Source: the human T2T-CHM13v2.0 reference genome, Homo sapiens. From it: a stretch of 64,000 nt of DNA. Below, piece by piece: positions 52,361 through 64,000 of this stretch. Location: assembly GCF_009914755.1 (NCBI RefSeq), contig NC_060926.1; one strand, 5' to 3'. Made by a program: the position numbers and the translations under genes. The notes beneath the pieces were generated by a model that was not told where the DNA came from, did no database searches, and saw only the letters and a list, made by a program, of their open reading frames with translations. Positions within the stretch are counted from its first letter, which is position 1; every line of letters begins with the position of its first letter.

Positions 52361-54194
52361 TCCAAGGCAATTCATGGAATCTTATTAGCTTCTTCTAAAC
52401 AATAGGACGGCATTACCATGCTATTAAAAATAGTGGTGGGATGGGGAATATTTTTGTTGTTGTTGATGTTCACATTATTAACAAATTATCAGGCTCTCAT
52501 ATTAGTAAAGGGGAATATTGGCAGAGCAGGACGAGTAGATAATTCAGCAGCAGGCAGGAGACAAAGCAAAAATCAGCCTGATTGTAGTGCAAAGTGGGTC
52601 AATGGAGTATGGCAGGTGATGGTCTCTATATTGGCAAAATCACAAAAGAGTTACTTGCATAGATTAAGAGATTTGAAACCCCAGATTTATGCTACATAGG
52701 TGCATTTTAGAGCTCTTAATTTTCAAAATGGGAACCTGGTCCTTTTTAGTCCTATTTTCCAAAAATGTGTTATTAGAAATGTTTAAGCCTGTGGTGCCAA
52801 ATTAAGTTGCAAGCTAACCAGCTAATTTGTCTCACAGCTAACTAGTGGGACCTGCCCACTCCAGTTAGCCTGGGACTTTCCAGTTTGAATACTAACAGTC
52901 CTGAATCCTGGGAACCCCTTCAAATCTTGAGCAAAATGAATGATTGATCACCTTAGCTAAGAGAAATTTTTTACTTACAAGATACTCATACCCAATGTTC
53001 AGTTCTACAATTGAAAAGTATATGTACAATTTGCTTTGTTTGCTGGCCCATCCAATCATTTCATTCCCGTTTGTGACCACCTGCCCATGTTTACAAGAGG
53101 CTATGAAGGAAAGGCTACATTCAAGGAACTGAGAAAGTGAGGTCACCAGGCCATATGAGAATCAAAACGTTGCTGTTGGTTTTACTATCACCTGTTTTAA
53201 GTTTATCTGAAAATGAGGGTTGGAAATAATGATTTCTGCATAATTGTTTTTGTAGTTTTGTTAGTTACATCTTGCTTGGAAAAAGTAATCTGAAAAATTA
53301 TTATTACTATTTTTGTAGTTTTGAAATGGAATTGCCAGCATGCTAAAGATACACCATTCAGTTCTCATCCCACTTTGCATAGCTTGGAATCTATGATCCT
53401 GCAAATATCTTTTAACTGCATTTTGGTAAATATTTTATTCTATAATATTTTTATATAATTAGGTAGCCCCAATTGGTGAGGGTCAATTATTCATGTGTAT
53501 ACAAATTTTTATCTCACCCTCTGAATACCTATTTATGGGATCAAAGTTCTATTTCATATTCTCAAAATACATTTTATCTAGTTATTCTCCTCTATGCTGT
53601 TGTCCTACTCCAATATAGTGTAACCAGACAGATGTATTGCTATCCATTGAAACTAGCCAAATGTTGGGATTTTATTCCCATCAGATCAAGCATATCCACA
53701 GATGGGATGAAGAGAATGATTCAGCTGCTTCTCAAAATCCCTACCTCATTGGCAAGGACTTTTCAACTGTGGCTGCGCCTAAGACAATTTTAGCAAAAAC
53801 CATGTGGGAAAAATGTAGGAAATTGTTAGTGCCCAATATACAGACGATAGCAATACAAGGTGCAATCTAAAAAGGAAGATAATTAACAGCCATATGGGTA
53901 ACTTCAGTTCATATTTTTGCAAAGAACTTTGGGAATATTGACTCATGGAAATGGAGCCTGTGTAAGACACAAATGATACTTTTGAACATCTGCCAGCAAG
54001 TATGTCAACTACCTGTCCAAGAAAATAAAGAACTATTGTTGCTCCAGCTCAAGTCTTTGTCTTCATTTGTATTTCTTTTTTGATGGCACAAATATAAATA
54101 ATGCCATTTAAAAATGTCAGAGTTGTTTCCAATTTGGACTAAGGAGAGTTTAGATTCTTAGCCTGGGGAGCCAGGGGCAAAACAAAAAACAAAA

Positions 54195-54325
54195 AACACT
54201 CCTCTGAACCTGGGCATTGTCATCTTTAAATGGGTGACAGCGATGAATCTTCAGTCTACCTCACAATCTCCTTATCAGAATAAAAGGAGATAATGTAGGA
54301 AAAAGTGATTTTAAAATAATATACC
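54195..54325 (+). mobile_element. MIR fragment
   Basis: CCTCTGAACCTGGGCATTGTCATCTTTAAATGGG...CTACCTCACA...GAGATAATGTAGG. Confidence 0.55.
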
Positions 54326-57300
54326 CCAGTTAAATGTTAGTTATAATTATAGAACTATGTTTTTCTAGTATTTGAGAGGGTACTTTCTATTTATTGATAT
54401 ATTTCTTATAAAAATTTCAAAAGTTAAAACATGCTCAACAGCATATTATGTAATGATTGGTACCTACTAGACATTCATAAATATATTCTTTCTTAATTTA
54501 TTGGATCAGACAGCATCATGTGTATTTCATTCTAGAAAGAAACTTATTAAGATTTGTCTCGCGTTTTTCCTCATCTGCACTTCAACTCTGGCTGGGGTTT
54601 TCAAATGCTCTATCTATAGATATTCTCTTATTTCATACTCAGCTATTTTAGGAGAGAAAAGAGACCTTGTTTATTTCTAATAATTCAAGTTTTACTGCAT
54701 AAAATATATCCCAGTTACTGTCTTTACTGTTTTAAACATTTTCCCAGGGAAAAAATTTTCATCGTGTATTAAACTAGATGTCTAACTGGATTGATTCTCA
54801 CCCTGAAGTCACTGAAACAACATTTTAATGCCACTTTCAAAATATAAATTTTGATGTAGTTTTCAAAGGTGAAATGAATAAAAATTTTGAAGCTAAAAAT
54901 AAATAAAAGAATGTGACAGTCATCTTACCACCAAAAATACAGGCATCAGCACTCCATTTGCTCTTTTCTAATTTAAATAATTAGAAAAGACATCAACAAT
55001 ATATTTTTGTCAGGTTTTATTGTGCAGAAGACAATTATCAGACTCTTTTGGAATGGCCATTTAAGGCCTTCTGATATATCTCCTTAAATTTGCTGTAAGT
55101 GCTCCCAGTCATATTTGATTTCTTTAATTTTACAGGATCAGAGGGAAACAGACCATTTTCTATTGTGACAAAGAGAGAACCCAGGAAAGGGGCAGTGTTT
55201 TTCCCCTCACAGGTGATGGAGTTTTTATAAAGAATGCAGCGGATAATGGCAGGCTTGTCCTCTGAACAGATGGTGATGGTCTTGTTGCTAGGATGAGGCC
55301 TCAAGAATTTAGTTTTTAATTCCACATTATTTGCCTCAGTGCCATGAATATCCCTAGGTTTCCTGAGGCAAAAATACAGAAAAAAAATCCACAGAAAGAG
55401 TGACACACAGAGAGAGAAAGAGCAAGAGATGGGGCAACTGAGCAGAGACTGGAGCCCGGTCAAGAGAGGCTTTGGGGAAAATGCCTGCTCAGCTGTCTGC
55501 AATCACCTGGGTTTAAAGCAGGCAGGAAGGAAGATTGGTTTGGCAGGAGAACTGGCCCTTTGATGCCTTCGATACCACAGAGAAAAATTCCCATTTCTTC
55601 CCATTAGAAGTCTGTTTACTTTCCTAATTAAGATAAACATGTTTCTGAAGGAGTTAGCTCTTATAGCATGACATTTATAAAATCAACTATATATACACAC
55701 AAGAATGTTTGCCAGGAATTTGGGCTGATGGTGATTGTATGAAGCATTTTATAGAAATATTTTTAAATAGTTGCCTTATTTAAAAATGAGCGACTTTCAT
55801 TCCCTCCAGTCAATTAAATATCTAATTTCAACTCTCGGAGATAATAACTGAAGTAGTTTTTTTAATAAATGAATGAACAGTTAGAAAACTGTTAAACACA
55901 TAGCCCTGAAGCATGAAAAATATATTCGTTGAACAGCTTTATTCTTTTATTGTTAATTTACTTCAGAGAATATCCACTCGTGTAATTTTCAATAAAGTAC
56001 TCTTATTTTGAAGTCTCCTTTATTGAATATAAGAGTGATGTATGTGATTATAGGCCAGTAGGCTAAAGAAGTTAGAGATTCTGAACACAAGGGTGAATGA
56101 GGGTGTAACTAGGTATCAGAACAGGATTACCTACCAGAATTGTCAGACCACCTGCCTGAATTAGTCACTTGAGTCAAACAATTACGTTCCATGCCACCCC
56201 TCCAACACATACACCGTAACTGACATTAATCACTTGTCTCAGAATTATCTGAATGCAACTTTAATAATTCAGTAATTGACCACCTGAATTTTTTGGCATA
56301 ATGTGACTGATGGCATTGTACACAAGTCTCACACTTAAGCTGTGTCTCACTGTAAAATGTTCACGTGTTTGCCGAGTCTTACACTATGGTTCAGACGAAG
56401 ATCAGGTACCTGCTAGTGATGAGAAATCTATCCCTCGCTCAAAATGGTTATTAGTAATTCACAGTGGAGAGCTGTCACTGAAGCCTGTATTATTTAGCCT
56501 AGAAGCATAAATCACCTACTATTACTGTGTTTCAAAAGCTGTCAGTCACACTCAGGTTTTATATTAGTTGGTTTGGAGGGAAATGATGCCATAGGTTTTC
56601 ATTCCTCCACGTCTCCTCTAACCGTATATGGATGACTCTCCACAATTCTTCCTCCCCTGACTAACTGTCCAGTGTTTTAGGGGTCCTTCTTGCAAAATGA
56701 CCCAACATTTGTGTTTTTTAAATGCCTACTGTCATCAAAATTACCTGTTTGCTATTATACACACCTTGGGCTCTTAAGAAAACTGTATGGTCTGATTGAT
56801 TTAATTCCAGGTAAGGTGCTAATGACTTATTAATGGCTTCCTAGGTAACGTGTTTGCTTTTTGGTAAAGATTTTTAATGATGTGAAAAAAAATAATGACT
56901 AGTGATTAGAATTCTAAATGCTACAAGAAAAATGATAATACACACCTGGGGAATGTCATGGGGAATGGGACAGATATTTTTGGCAAGGACACTCTCCAGT
57001 GTTTCTCAATGCACATCTACTAAATATCTATTAAATATCTGACCAGCCCTGTTTTAGAGAATTTTTGCCATATTCAACTGTGTATGCATCTGAAGATGTG
57101 ACAGACGCTGTAATCTGGCTCTTTATTTCTACTGAAACATGCTATAAAATGTGTCCTCCAAAAAAGTAGACTTGATTTATAAGCAATTATTTTAAAAATG
57201 CTCAATTACTAAACTATTCATTTAGCCAAATTTATTTTAAAACATTATTTCCAAACTTAATTTGCAAGGATATTCAGTCATATTTTATCTTAAATTAATT

Positions 57301-59794
57301 CAAGCTTTCTACCATAAAACATTGGATAAGCATTCATCGAAAAAATGCATGCATGAGTTTTACCTAATTGTGTAAGTCACAAGTGATTTTGATATATTCC
57401 TCTGCTTTTTGGTATTGTGTCCAACTTTAATAAATTGACAAGCATTACTTTATAATTTTATATAAAGAAAACCTCAAATATTTTCAGATAAAAATACTGT
57501 ACTTATATGTCCTTTAAATTTAAATGGTTTACATTTTAGGATATTTTACTTTGAAAGTATCTCACTTTATGTTTGTTATTGCCAATATTTAAGGGCATAT
57601 ATGTATATCTGCATCTGCTTTATATTTGGATGGCCAGATTAAAAAACAAACAAACAAAAAAAACACACCATATTTCAGAGTTACCAGATTACCAGAGAGC
57701 TGAATTTAATAACTGTGAAGCCCTGTTGAGTGTGGTCTTAAATTCTGCGCCCCCCACCTCCTTTTAAATATGGAGTGTTCGTGCTGGTAGCAGACTTTAA
57801 AATGATGATTTATGACTACTCCCACTTAACACTTTCATGATTTGAATGACCATTCAGTCAGCTTTGAAACCAAAAAGAAAAAGTGAAAGGTCATGGCTGA
57901 GTTAAGAAATCATATTGGGTTTTGTGGGTCCCGTTACTTCTGACTGAGACATTTTCACTGGCCAAGCTCATCAGAGACCATTAGGTGATGAATTTTGTTA
58001 AGAGATCTGGGAGGAAGAGGAAAAATATTATGGATGGAAAAAATAATCATGTGCTTTTTAAAAACAAAACCAAACCTTGTTTTCTTCACATGAACCCCCT
58101 GTATTTGTTGATTTTTAGTGTTGTGTATTTATTTCCTGACAAATCACAAAAGCTATGTGATAAGGAGAGAAATGCAATTGTATTATTGGTTGATTTCCTG
58201 TGGTAGCACCTCAGGGGCTCCGGGCATTCACTACAAAGTTCAGTAATTGTACTATCTAGCTTGGTGGGTAAGTTATACAAAAGGGAACAAACTGTGAAAA
58301 TGGTGTGTGCTATTTTTCAGTGAGGATGTTATCAATCTGTTTAAGTAAACTTTGGTATTACCCAGAAGATTGTTCTCTGCTTATTACATTGCTTATGCTG
58401 TGTTCAAATTGTGTGATTGTTCTGTCTTAAATGAACTCCACTGCATGTAGATTTTGCAGGGATCTCTAAACAGTGGGTAGTTTCATTACACATGACAGCT
58501 ATGGATATTTTACATGCAGCCAAATGCGTTAAAGACAAAAGTTATTTTTTAGCATTATTTATTTGTTCAGAGGCCATTACAGTTTAACGAAAGGAGTATA
58601 TTTGTATACAAATGTGAAATGTATAGAGAAAAAGTGAGGTATTGTATGGTTTTATATCTGAATGTAAAATCACCCTGGTGCTTTATGTCTTGGCAATCCC
58701 AAAAGAGCTTACCCTGTGTAGAGTAGACTCGATATTTGCCAAATAAAATAAATGAATGATTGATATGATGGATAGTAGTGAGTTACATACAATTAGAGTC
58801 CAACTCTATGTTTCAAGTTTGAAAAATAAAGGGAGTAGGTTTAGGAAAATTGTTTGCGAAGAATTTAGGATTAGAATAAAAGCAGGAAGCCCAATTAAGA
58901 AAGCATTTTATTCCACATCAAAATTCCAATTTGTGGGAGGTGGACTAGCTGAAGAGAAAGAATGAACAGAGATAAGGTGAAGGAACATGTTGTTTGTTTC
59001 TGGAGTCTGGAATTCATTGACTTAGATAGGATTTGAGAGTAATTGAGAGAGTCATTTGCACCTAAGCAGAACTTTTGAGATTATAAATAAGTAAGCTGGA
59101 TTCTGTATTTGAAGCTTCTCCCTGAAGTTGTGAAAAAGGAGTAGTTCTTCCAATTGTCCAAATTGACAATTTCTTTGGTACATAGGGAATCTGGCTCAAT
59201 ACAGTACAGGCAGTACACGCCCTTCCTGAAAAGTTATCTGAACTATATGTTCCCTACTATTCTCGGTACTATTTTTGAAGGTTACAGAGATTGATTCACC
59301 CTCTATCTTGTAATGCTTTTATCTTATTTTTGGAAAAATTCATGTATTGCTAAGTATATATGTTACTATATTCTGCATGTAAAAATATAAGATCATTTTT
59401 AATGCTTTAAGAGGATGGATTATTTTTATTTCAATATCTGCAGACCATTTTTTGTGACATGCTCTTTCTATTTCATTTCAACAAATGATTTTGCTCTTTA
59501 CCCTGAGTTCAATACCATAGAGTTAAGAATGAGGGAAGTGGCAAAATAGAAAGGAAATACACACATATGTACCTTCTAGAAGAATACACTTAAGATTCTA
59601 AACGTATTATCCATGTTGATGTAAAGCCTGATTTACTCAAATGAGAGCCAGCCTTATTCAGTGCTCTTTCTCTAAGTCTTAGAATTTGGCTATGAAGATT
59701 ACGATATTTGGTAACTCATTTCAATAATACCCAAAGGGGCTTTTTATACTTCGTTCTTTTTGCAGAGAGCAAAGGTGGACAAATGTGAGAAGGA

Positions 59795-60205
59795 AATAAC
59801 ATTTAGCACATAGTTATTTGCCAGGCACTGTCATAAGTACTTTTTAATGTCTTTTCTTTTTCTGTAAAATTTAATTTTTACAGAAGCTGTCCAAAATAGC
59901 TACCATGATCCTGATTTATCATGTAAGAAAACAGATTCAGGGATAATAAATAACCTGCCCAAGTTCACAAATGGCAGGGACATGTCTGTCTTTTCTCTCT
60001 CTCTCTCTCTCTCTCTGTCACTCCTCTCCTCTCCCTCTCTCACTCCTCTCCTCTCCCTCTCTCACTCCTCTCCTCTCCCTCTCTCACTCCTCCCCTCTGT
60101 GTGCCTAGCAGGGGCTGGCACTTCACTAGTGCTCATTAAGCATATGTTTCAGTTGACATTGAATCTGGTTCCAAAGCCAGTGCTTTTCTCACTATTATTA
60201 CAGCA
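59795..60205 (-). mobile_element. MIR SINE interrupted by a CT-rich tract
   Basis: AACATTTAGCAC...TGCCAGGCACTG...AAGAAAACAGATTCAGGGA...TAACCTGCCCAAGTTCACA, resuming at TCTGGTTCCAAAGCCAGTGCT. Confidence 0.7.
59985..60097. repeat. (TC)n and CTCTCTCACTCCTCTCCTCTCC-type polypyrimidine repeat
   Basis: Read directly: a TC run followed by about 3-4 copies of a ~22-nt unit. Confidence 0.92.
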
Positions 60206-60878
60206 TCCATACTATGAAATAAACTAAAAGCAATTACCGAATTGTGTTAGCTTTGGCTGTATATTATGTATAGTTGGTGCTATATGTTCGTATACTTCAG
60301 TTAGCCAATGTGGTTTTGGTGATAGCTATAAGACATTCCTCATTAGAAAATTGATGAAACCTTTATCCAATAATTGTCTCTGTGGCTCATATCCAAGCTC
60401 CATTCCATCTGTTCAAAATAAACCACCATCCAAGCCTAGGCTACCCCTCAACACCACAGGATCAAGAGAATATGGTCAGCAGATCAGAAAATACTTTGGC
60501 TGGCCACTTTGACATCCATTCTCAATATTTCCCCCACATCTCCATTACTCAACACAGGTCAGTATGGGTGTCAGTTCCCCAAATTTTCCTAAGAAGGAGC
60601 TAGGCTACCCAGCTATTCTTCATATTCTGAGATCTCTTATGTACACAAAGTTTATTCATTTTTTCCTTTTCATTAGCCTCTGAATTTCTTACCAGCAACA
60701 ATCATATTAGAATTATTTATTACTGATTGGCAGCATCTAACACAGCACCCAGTCTGTAGTGTTCTGGATGAATGGGTAAATGCCTTTCTCACTGGCTACT
60801 GTTTACTGATGGAAAATTCTGAGTATGTCCTGTTACTTCATTTAAACTTAACAGTTATATGTTACCACTCTTCTCGTA

Positions 60879-61251
60879 TGTATTTGTTTGCTTGGGCTGC
60901 CGTAACAAAATACCACAGGTAGCTTAAACAACAGAAATTTATTTTCTTCCAGTTTTAGAGGCTAGAAGTCCAAGATCAAGGGCTTGGTTTGGTTTCTTCT
61001 GAAGGCTTTCTCTTTGGCTTGCTTTCTCACTGTGGGTAGCTGCTTTCTCACTGTGTATTCACATGGTCATCCCTTGGTCTGCGGCCTAATCTCCTTTTCC
61101 TAAGGCTTCCAGTCATAGTGGATTAGGGTCCATCCATATGACCTCACTTTACCCTAATTACCTGTATTTCTAAATACAGTCAAATGCTGAGGTACTGGGA
61201 GTTAGGGCTTCAACGTATGATTTTTTGTGGGACATGACTTAGCTCAAAACA
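60879..61251 (-). mobile_element. MaLR solo LTR (MLT1A/B-like)
   Basis: TGTATT...GGGCTGCCGTAACAAAATACCACAG...GAGGCTAGAAGTCCAAGATCAAGG...CTGAGGTACTGGGAGTTAGGGCTTCAAC...AACA. TSD TCGTA (60874-60878) / TCATA (61252-61256). Confidence 0.9.
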
Positions 61252-61729
61252 TCATAGGACAGTGTGAGGAGCAGAGAGAACTGAAAATGCCCTCTCCCCT
61301 ATTAATTTTCTTTTCTAGGGAGTGGAGTGGAAATTCCTCCCCATGTAAAAATATGAGAATTGAGGAACCAGTATATGTCCCCCCAAATCTTACTTATCAC
61401 AAATGTATGAAATGCAAAGCCTCCAGCAAATGAATCTCCCTTTTGATGTTAGTATGTTCTATAAATGCCCCTCACAACATACCTGCAACTTCCCTATGAA
61501 AAGATGTTATTAGTCAAATAATGATTTGTCCCTGCAAATGCCCACAAAATCTATAAATCTAAGATGAAGAGCTTTTATGGACATTCCTACTTTTAAGTAC
61601 GACAAAAATATATTCTAAGTTGTTTGTTGCATGAATTATATCCTGGATGTCACTCATAAAGTAAACTTTTTTGAATTTTGTATTAGGTTGGGCATGAGTA
61701 CCCTACTAATTTCATCACTGGCCGGTAAT

Positions 61730-62730
61730 ATCATATGAGCAAGAAATAAAATTTAATTGGGTTTATTTGTTTTTACTGTTTGCCTCACCTAATTAAAATT
61801 GAAATAAGTATCTTGAAGTATATTGCTTTCACATCAAAAATTTAAAATGTGGGGCATTGACTTCTAGTGGTTGGCAGGAGGAAGCAAGGAAACAAATATT
61901 GGGGGGTGAAAATATATTGGAGATCTATATTATATAGTGATAAAGATTTGGTAAAACTATTGTGTACAACAACCTGAAAGGCAATAATACTGAGCCTGCC
62001 AGTCTAGGAAAAGTTGTTAGAAAGAGCCAGAATAACTTGGAACCAACCCAAATGCTTGTCAATGATAGACTGTATAAAGAAAATGTGGCACATATACACC
62101 ATGGAATACTATGCCGCCACAAAAAAGAATGAGTTCATGTCCTTTGCAGGGACATGGATGAAGCTGGAAGCCATCATTCTCAGCAAACCAACACAGGAAC
62201 AGAAAACCAGACACCACATGTTCTCACTCATAAGTGGGAGTTGAACAGTGAGAACACATGGACACAGGGAGGGGAACATCACACACTGGGGCCTGTCGGA
62301 GGGTGGGAGGCAAGGGGAGGGAAAGCATTAGGATAAATGCCTAATGCATGCGGGGCTTAAAAGCTAGATGATGGGTTGATAGGTGCAGTAAACCACTGTG
62401 GCACATGTATACCTATGTAACAAAGCTGCACGTTCTGAACATGTATCCCAGAACTTAAAGTAAAATAGAAAAATAAAAGAAAGAACCAGAATATTCGTGT
62501 ATTGCTCTCTGTTGCAATTAGCCAGATATTACAAGAATGAGATAATTTCAAGAACGAGTATGCTGATTTGTGAGTACAAATTCCTTTCTAGAAATGTAAA
62601 GGCTATTGCTTCTGTACACCAAAGAGTAGGCAAAAAGGCTGAAAAAACCTTTGACTGCCAAAGTCCCAAGAAAACTCCTCAATTAAAGAAACTAACTCAA
62701 CAATATAGCAAAGATAAAATTAAGGGAGTT
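61730..62730 (+). mobile_element. MLT1 LTR end plus MaLR internal sequence, interrupted by an L1
   Basis: ATGAGCAAGAAATAAA...TTTGTTTTTACTG, then AAAAATTTAAAATGTGGGGCATTGACTT...TTGGTAAAACTATTG. Confidence 0.5.
62035..62477 (+). mobile_element. 5'-truncated L1PA7/8-like 3' end with TSD
   Basis: ORF2 end MSFAGTWMKLEAIILSK...HMFSLISGS*, G-rich 3' UTR and A-rich tail. 16-bp TSD AGAAAGAGCCAGAATA (62019-62034) / AGAAAGAACCAGAATA (62478-62493). Confidence 0.95.
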
Positions 62731-62734
62731 GGGA

Positions 62735-64000
62735 GTTCTACTTCTGGAGTGATAGTATGAGGAGTTCTGCAGGCCTCCTCCTCATTTAAACTGGTAAACT
62801 TTTTTTTTTTTTTTTTTAAAGTAAGGTCTCTGAAAGAAGCCCTATGGACATATAGCACAAGAATAAATATTTAAACATTTACTAAAATTAGGCAAGGAAT
62901 GGGAAAGTCTGTGGTATTTGAACCTCAGTTCAATAGAGACCTGGATTCTCCCTCCCCCTCTTAGCTTAGGGAGACAGAAATTCCACTCCAAATGGGCTTA
63001 ACCAAAAACACAGGGCTCCCTTTTTCTTTCAGCTCCCAGTTGGTGGGCTCTCTTCCTGGTAGGGGCAGGACATCAGTATTCCTCATCCTGTCTCAGCTAC
63101 TTATTGTTGAGTCTAAATTCTGGGGAAGTATGGCTAATTGAGTCTTCTTCTACTCAGCTCCCACTCATGGGAAAGAGCTCTGCCTTGAGTGTGGCATTGC
63201 TGAGAGTATTGGGGCCTTGGTTGCCCTTGCTCCAGATCAACGGCTAGGAATTCCACACTGAGAGAAGCAAAATGAGGAGACCTGGGGCTAATGACCTCCT
63301 TGCTCCCTCCACAATCTACTGAGGGCTAAGCTTCTGAAGTGGGGTTATCACTCAGGGAGAAATGTGCCATTGTCCTTGCCTCTCCTAGCTATGGCTCAGA
63401 GATTTTTCTGGGGTTGGCAGCAGAAAGAGAAGAGGAGGTAGGCCAATGGACTAATATGAACCTATATATCCAAATTTCTCCTCAAAGTAACTTATTTTAT
63501 TTGCAAGAGTGTGAAGAAGTTCAAGGCTAAGGGCACTCTCAAAAAGAGTAGCAGTTGTGGTGAAAGGAATTTGATAGAGAAGTGGAAATGGACACAGTTG
63601 GGAAGAGACCTCCTGGAGTCAGGGGCAAATCTCAAATACTTCTCTAGAAACTGTCCCTGAAGAAGCCTGACCTTGATTGGATTAGTCTGTGAAGCAAATT
63701 ATGCCCCAAGGTATTGGTGAAAACAGCAGAGCAAAAAAAGCCCTGTCCAAACCACTGTCATCCCATGGGTATACACAATATACTCAAGGCTGTACCTCCT
63801 GAAGAGCAACAATAGAGGGTTTATGCTGTGGGGGTGGGGGTAGGAGAATAGACTTCACTAAAATAATCCAGCCAGTCACTAAACAAGTAAATAAGAAACA
63901 ACAACAAGAGTTTCTGGAATATATTATCTAAAATGTACAGTTACTGACAAAAATGATAAGTAAGTCATGCAAAGAAACAAGAAACTATGATGCATACACC
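62735..64000 (+). mobile_element. Ancient L1M (L1MD/L1MC-like) 5' region, running off the window
   Basis: TTCTACTTCTGG start and TCTGTGGTATTTGAACC. The window ends with TTATCTAAAATGTACAGTT...CATGCAAAGAAACAAGAAACTATGA, typical of the L1M pre-ORF1 region. Confidence 0.65.

Noticed and set aside
55038-55502. 154-aa minus-strand ORF as a gene
   Set aside because: Non-ATG start, no recognisable domain, low-complexity segments and no convincing splice context.
59151-59172. Short inverted repeat AATTGTC...GACAATT as a miRNA or terminator hairpin
   Set aside because: The stem is too short and is expected by chance in AT-rich DNA.
62035-62477. Displaced 3' end of the 28981-34770 L1
   Set aside because: It has its own 16-bp TSD and does not begin where the long element stops, so it is an independent 5'-truncated insertion.

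Overview
This is not prokaryotic DNA. It is AT-rich, CpG-depleted primate (human-like) intronic or intergenic sequence, shown by L1PA elements and a single AluJ. I recognise no intact host protein-coding gene, rRNA, tRNA or CRISPR array. Much of the window is transposon fossil: five or six L1s, a Tigger1 split by a near-full-length L1PA7/8-like element, MaLR/ERVL LTRs, MER5 and Charlie hAT relics, MIR and L2 fragments, and microsatellites. Repeat-poor, TAAT-rich unique blocks lie between these and contain a few candidate exons. The most notable observations are: (1) an L1 5'UTR spliced exactly at the known 97/622 sites (a SpIRE); (2) telomeric TTAGGG repeats exactly at an L1 5'-truncation junction, on the strand and in the register telomerase would use; (3) two L1s that keep their 5' ends but lack their 3' ends; (4) an open ORF0-like frame and an L1-antisense/Tigger1-transposase chimeric ORF; (5) a well-formed 215-nt minus-strand candidate exon. 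Subfamily calls come from my recollection of consensus sequences, and boundaries of old repeats are approximate.
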